A stretch of 64,000 nucleotides of DNA, taken from the NCBI GenBank assembly GCA_964035545.1, contig OZ037766.1:26626343-26690342 (forward strand), given 5' to 3'. Position 1 is the stretch's first letter, and each line of letters opens with the position of its first letter. A model generated the notes under the pieces. It searched no databases. It was not told the DNA's origin and saw nothing but the letters and a program-made list of their open reading frames with translations. Position numbers and translations under genes: made by a program. Shown piece by piece: positions 59,667-64,000 of this stretch. Source of the DNA: Bugula neritina (lineage: Eukaryota; Animalia; Bryozoa).

Positions 59667-62600
59667 TTACAAAGGCAAAATTTTCGTAAGACGAATGTTA
59701 GTTGGGCTATAAGCCAATTCGGGGTATAGCCGACTAGACCTCACAAGGGTGTAGTTGTACCCTTTGACATGCCCTTTATTTCTCAGCTCATTAATTTCAG
59801 CACTAGTCCAGGGGTAACTGCTTCTTCTGCCATCCACCACTTTCTGTATTTCCTGTAACCAAACTGACTGCAGAATGCTCTCACTGGCACCTCTCAATAT
59901 CCTGCAAATACATAGTGACACGTGTAGAGTGGTGACACGTGTAGAGTGGTGACACGTGTAGAGTGGTGACACATGTAGAGTGGGGACACATGTAGAGTGG
60001 GGACACATGTAGAGTGGTGACACGTGTAGAGTGGGGACACGTGTAGAGTGGGGACACGTGTAGAGTGGTGACGTGTGTAGAGTGGTGACACGTGTAGTGA
60101 CATGAGTAAAAGTGGCATATGTACAGTGACACACCATGTGTAATTCTTCCCAATATATTGAACATTAATCACACATTATAAGATATGCAAAATCCAAACA
60201 GTCTTGCAATCACATGAGTATCGTTTGTTCTTAAAGATTTGATTGTTTATTAGTGTAAATGATGTTTTCAGTTACATTAATTTAGCCTAACAACAAATCT
60301 CAACATTGTAAATCCAAAAAAAAACACAAATTCTAGTATGGCTTCCATGAAATGGTAGATTTAGAACTACCAGATGCTATCAACAGCTATGATACTGAGA
60401 AGTCATATATTACCTCTGCCTTTCCTTTTCTACAGATGTACCATATCGCAGCCAAATCTCGGTTGTATTCCCGCTAACTACCAGCTCACCCTGTTCTATA
60501 TCTACTTTGCTCTCTGGATCGGTAACCACGACCTTTCTCAGCCTCACTTTCACTCCGTTCTCAAGAAAGAGATTAGCAGATAGTTGAGTTCCCAAAGTTT
60601 GTAGATCATCGTCCAGGGAGGAGAGATCGGGCTGTAATTTATACGATTAGCTGGTAACACGTGAAGTGAACAATAATAACTTTTAGCATCAAATATTACC
60701 TAATAAAAAATTAAAGTAAAAGAGTTTTACCTTAACAAGATGGTGGATTACTTTTCCTCCATAGGTAAAATTTAGACCCAGGACCAAGGAATCATTCAAC
60801 ACTCGAGTGGCAAGAAGTGTTTCCTGTGAAGGTGGATTTCCATACACATGGGTAGCAAGTCTACCAGCCGATACAGACGCTACAATACCTTGGCTGAACA
60901 GAGATCCTGCCGGAGAAAATGACGTTCTACAAAATCAAAATATCAATTGTGACTAAAATACCAAAGTAGTTTCAAAATTAGAATACAATTATTTAAATGG
61001 TCTCAAGTGTTGGGGAATACTGAATAGCAATACAGATTTGATTTATAATAAGTCTATACACTGTACCTAGAATTAATTTTCAGTACCTACGTATAAGCAA
61101 GACTGTGTGATGTATGCACTCGGCTAGTAAAATGAATTATGAGCAACCGACACCTAACAATCTGAGCAAGAGACGATAATTCCAAAAAAGTGCCAAAATA
61201 TTCCCAAAACCAAAACAATAAAGCACTTGCTAATATTGCCATACCATATATATGTTGACCAAATTTTCCACTCATGACTCAAACACAAAACACACGGCGA
61301 CTCACCATATACTGAAACAAGCAATGCATGCCATCATATGACACTATAGGTTTGTGTGTGTGAGCACCTGCTGAAAGTGTCAGTACAAAATGAAGGCATT
61401 ACCTCATTTGTTCACTCAACTCACCTGCCAAAAGTGTCGCTGTGAATAGATGACACAAGTTTACTCCTGGGGACAAGCGACAGCTGCAGGAAGTTGTTCA
61501 TTTCCTGTTGGTATGCACACTGGAAGGCAGAAATGAGCGGCAGCAGAGCCTTCTCGCTGGGCAGCAGAGGGGAGTCATGGGACAACCTGCCCTCAAATGT
61601 CATATTTGGGGCCAGCACATCCATATCATAGCCAAGAGCCTTAAGCCAGCTTTCTATGTCTATATAAAGAGTTGAATTGATGATAGACAAACAGTACAGA
61701 GCAAGGGCACTGTGGTTATAACACATCAAGTAGTCAGAATTAGAATGTACTCGAAAAAAGCCAAGTTAGACTGGAGAGACTGGAGAGGAAGGAAGTTTAT
61801 GTTACTGTGACACTGGAACCACAGAAGTCATATGATATACTGAAAGCTAAACTAAGGTTGAGAAGCAACGCTGCTGTTTACTAACTATACAAACTTACCA
61901 TCCATGTATTTCGGTTTTCCGTGATTTATGTGAAGATTGATGGGGTGGCTATTTCTATACCCGTTGATAAGTTGAGGGTTAGCTATGAAAGATTTCATTC
62001 TATCAAATATACCCTCCAGGTTGCCATCCATGTAAGTACCAAGTTCAGTATGATACCATCTTTCTGAGAGGTGGTTTAGCTTTGTCACTGGGTCATAGAA
62101 TCCTGCCTGTTTTGACAAACAATAAAACTGTTATAGAACAATAAATACTTTTACGATTCATTAGTAATATTAAAAAACTGAATCTGTAAAAATGTCATCT
62201 GTAAAGAGTAGGTTCAAGTTGAATGAGTTACCATTGAAAGAAGCCTATTTAAATAAAAACAAACTCCAACATACCAAATGGTAAAAAGTTGAACAGCTTT
62301 TAATTTTAACTGACAATAGAGCACAAGCTAATAGATGGCTGCTGAGAGTGTATTTTAACTGGTATTGAGATGTCAATAATAAATAACGCAATAAAAAAAC
62401 TTAACGATAGAAATTAAAGCCAATTGAAATTGTATCATAAACCTAATGAGTAATGAACAATGTCATATAAGGCTAGTTACCCACCTGATAGCCAATGAAA
62501 AGGTTCAGATCAGGGTTGGTGTCTTCTATCACTTGACCAAACAGTGTATAAGATATTCGTTTCAACAATTTGCCTGTTGAGTCGTATGCTGCCACTGGTG

Positions 62601-64000
62601 ACCCAGAATGATCGCACATTATGTAATATCTTTCACCCGCCAACTCTGCAATGTTGATTAACCATTGCTGTGCATCTTTTATCAATTGCAACAGTGCTTG
62701 AAAAAAATGAGATTATTCCTACTTTTCTGTAAATGTGTAACTGTACATATATTACATATATTTATTTCTAGCTGCTTTGTGATTGCTTTAAGAAAAGTCA
62801 TCATAATTGTACAATTATGTCTTACAGATAACGAGTAAACTCACTGTTGTCAATAGCTAGAAGCTGTCCTCTATCATCATAAATCAAACTGTAAAGGGAA
62901 TGGCTGGTTGCATTGTACACCTCCGTCAGCTGAGAAGGATTCATTACGTTGGCATAAAAGAACTGTATAGAGCTTCCATAGTTGTTTTGCCTAGTCATTA
63001 AACGACCAATAGCATCGTAGAAGTACATGACGTCCATTTTGCCATCCTCCAAAACATGTGTCAAATGTCCTAAAAAAAAGCACAAACATAAAAAAGAGAA
63101 AAAAAATTTGGAGATGCCGGGGATTGAACCCGGGGCCTCACACATGCAAAGCGTGCGCTCTACCACTGAGCTACATCCCCTTATATATGTTGGAGGCAAT
63201 ATGTAGATAATACAAAGAGAGAGCCCAATGCACTTCGGTTGCCATGAATAAATTTCATGGCCACAGCTTTACTTCGCAAAATAAAACTTTATTCAAATTA
63301 TCCAAATTAGCATAATATAAAAAGGGTGGGTTAAAATTTGCTACACAACATGTCTTCAGAATATATAAAAACTGCTATTAGAATGGTTCACTCACCTAGG
63401 GAGTTAAACTCATATTTGACATCATTATTAGATACAAGATATCCATCAACATCATATTTATAGTTGTCTCCCCTGTAAGACAGCACTCTCTCATACTTGT
63501 CTAGTGTCAGGGGGTATTCTGTACTGTCATGCTGTACTTTCACAACCGAGCCCTGCTTATTGTATGTGTAAATCCAAGACTCTACACTCTTCAATGATGC
63601 CACCTAAACATAGGAAAACGAAACAAATGCATCTATGTGTGCCCGTGAATTTGATGCTTAGTGTTGGTAAATGTGTGAACTTGAAATGCTGCCTTTTAAG
63701 AAATCGTGAAATATTGACATACAAAATATAAGAAGCAATTTGACATGCTAACATATCAAAATTTACATAGATAGAGGAATCTGCAAGAGATAACTGCAAA
63801 TAGAACCAGATAAAATTTGAATGGACGACTCCTTATTACTCAACAATGGCTGCCTAACTATATAATATTATGCTTTCATAGTGGAGGTGTTTTTTTCTGT
63901 TCACAGCATGGGAAACCAGTTAACAACACTCCAAAAAACACATTACGCTGTCAGGCCTACCTTCACAACATTAGAGTCAGCATTGTACGTGTACTCCATA
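59667..64000 (-). CDS. Teneurin, 3' part (YD/RHS repeats and C-terminal Tox-GHH-like domain); 5' end lies beyond the window
   Basis: Exons incl. ~63395-63603, ~62826-63069, ~62484-62650, ~61898-62103, ~61425-61659, ~60730-60926, 60414-~60630, 59667-59901. YKYDVDGYL, YFYDAIGRL, QFFYA, YYIMCDHSGSP, Y..FG....DTNPDLNLFIG, GFYDPVTKL, SWLKALGY, IWLRYGTSVEKER.R, W..E...V.DG....YPWT..E..EL...G.VKGY, YPELA.S..NI. Confidence 0.95.
59915..60102. repeat. 17-bp minisatellite (gtgacacgtgtagagtg) x~11 with CACGTG cores
   Basis: Tandem units in the last teneurin intron, ending ~12 nt from the 3' splice site at 59902-59903. Confidence 0.95.
63109..63180 (-). tRNA. tRNA-Ala(TGC), intronic in teneurin, same strand
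   Basis: GGGGATGTAGCTCAGTGGTAGAGCGCACGCTTTGCATGTGTGAGGCCCCGGGTTCAATCCCCGGCATCTCCA. G3:U70 alanine identity pair; followed by an oligo-T terminator. Confidence 0.96.

Noticed and set aside
59667-59901. Bacterial toxin-like (RHS/YD + Tox-GHH) module as a novel horizontal transfer
   Set aside because: This is the established C-terminus of all teneurins.
59881-60172. His/Cys-rich repetitive ORFs resembling a metal-binding protein
   Set aside because: Translations of the 17-bp intronic minisatellite; the real teneurin exon begins at 59901.

Overview
AT-rich, intron-rich animal genomic DNA, probably a marine invertebrate (lophotrochozoan-like; this is inference). It is not prokaryotic. Seven multi-exon genes were reconstructed by hand: TIMM10B (-); a type II membrane FKRP/LicD-like transferase (+); TUBGCP3 (+); a secreted protein with three tandem IgGFc-binding domains separated by acidic DNDCDG..DE motifs (+); a highly divergent CAF1 deadenylase paralog followed by a canonical CNOT7/8 (+); and the 3' part of a teneurin (-). 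Also present: an intact young Ty1/copia element (274-bp LTRs, AGTAC TSD, half-tRNAiMet-type PBS) antisense in a TUBGCP3 intron; intronic tRNA-Thr(AGT) and tRNA-Ala(TGC); three copies of a tRNA-Thr-derived SINE; CR1/L2 and RTE LINE relics; many intronic minisatellites; and a ~0.9-kb inverted duplication. Best leads: (1) the inverted repeat brackets one of two similar, phase-incompatible (mutually exclusive) candidate exons of the LicD gene; (2) that gene has an apparent frameshift at its catalytic DxD motif that splice-donor choice could compensate; (3) the CAF1 paralog keeps its catalytic residues but has eroded partner-binding surfaces; (4) tandem repeats recur just upstream of 3' splice sites. 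All exon structures were read manually, with no RNA evidence.
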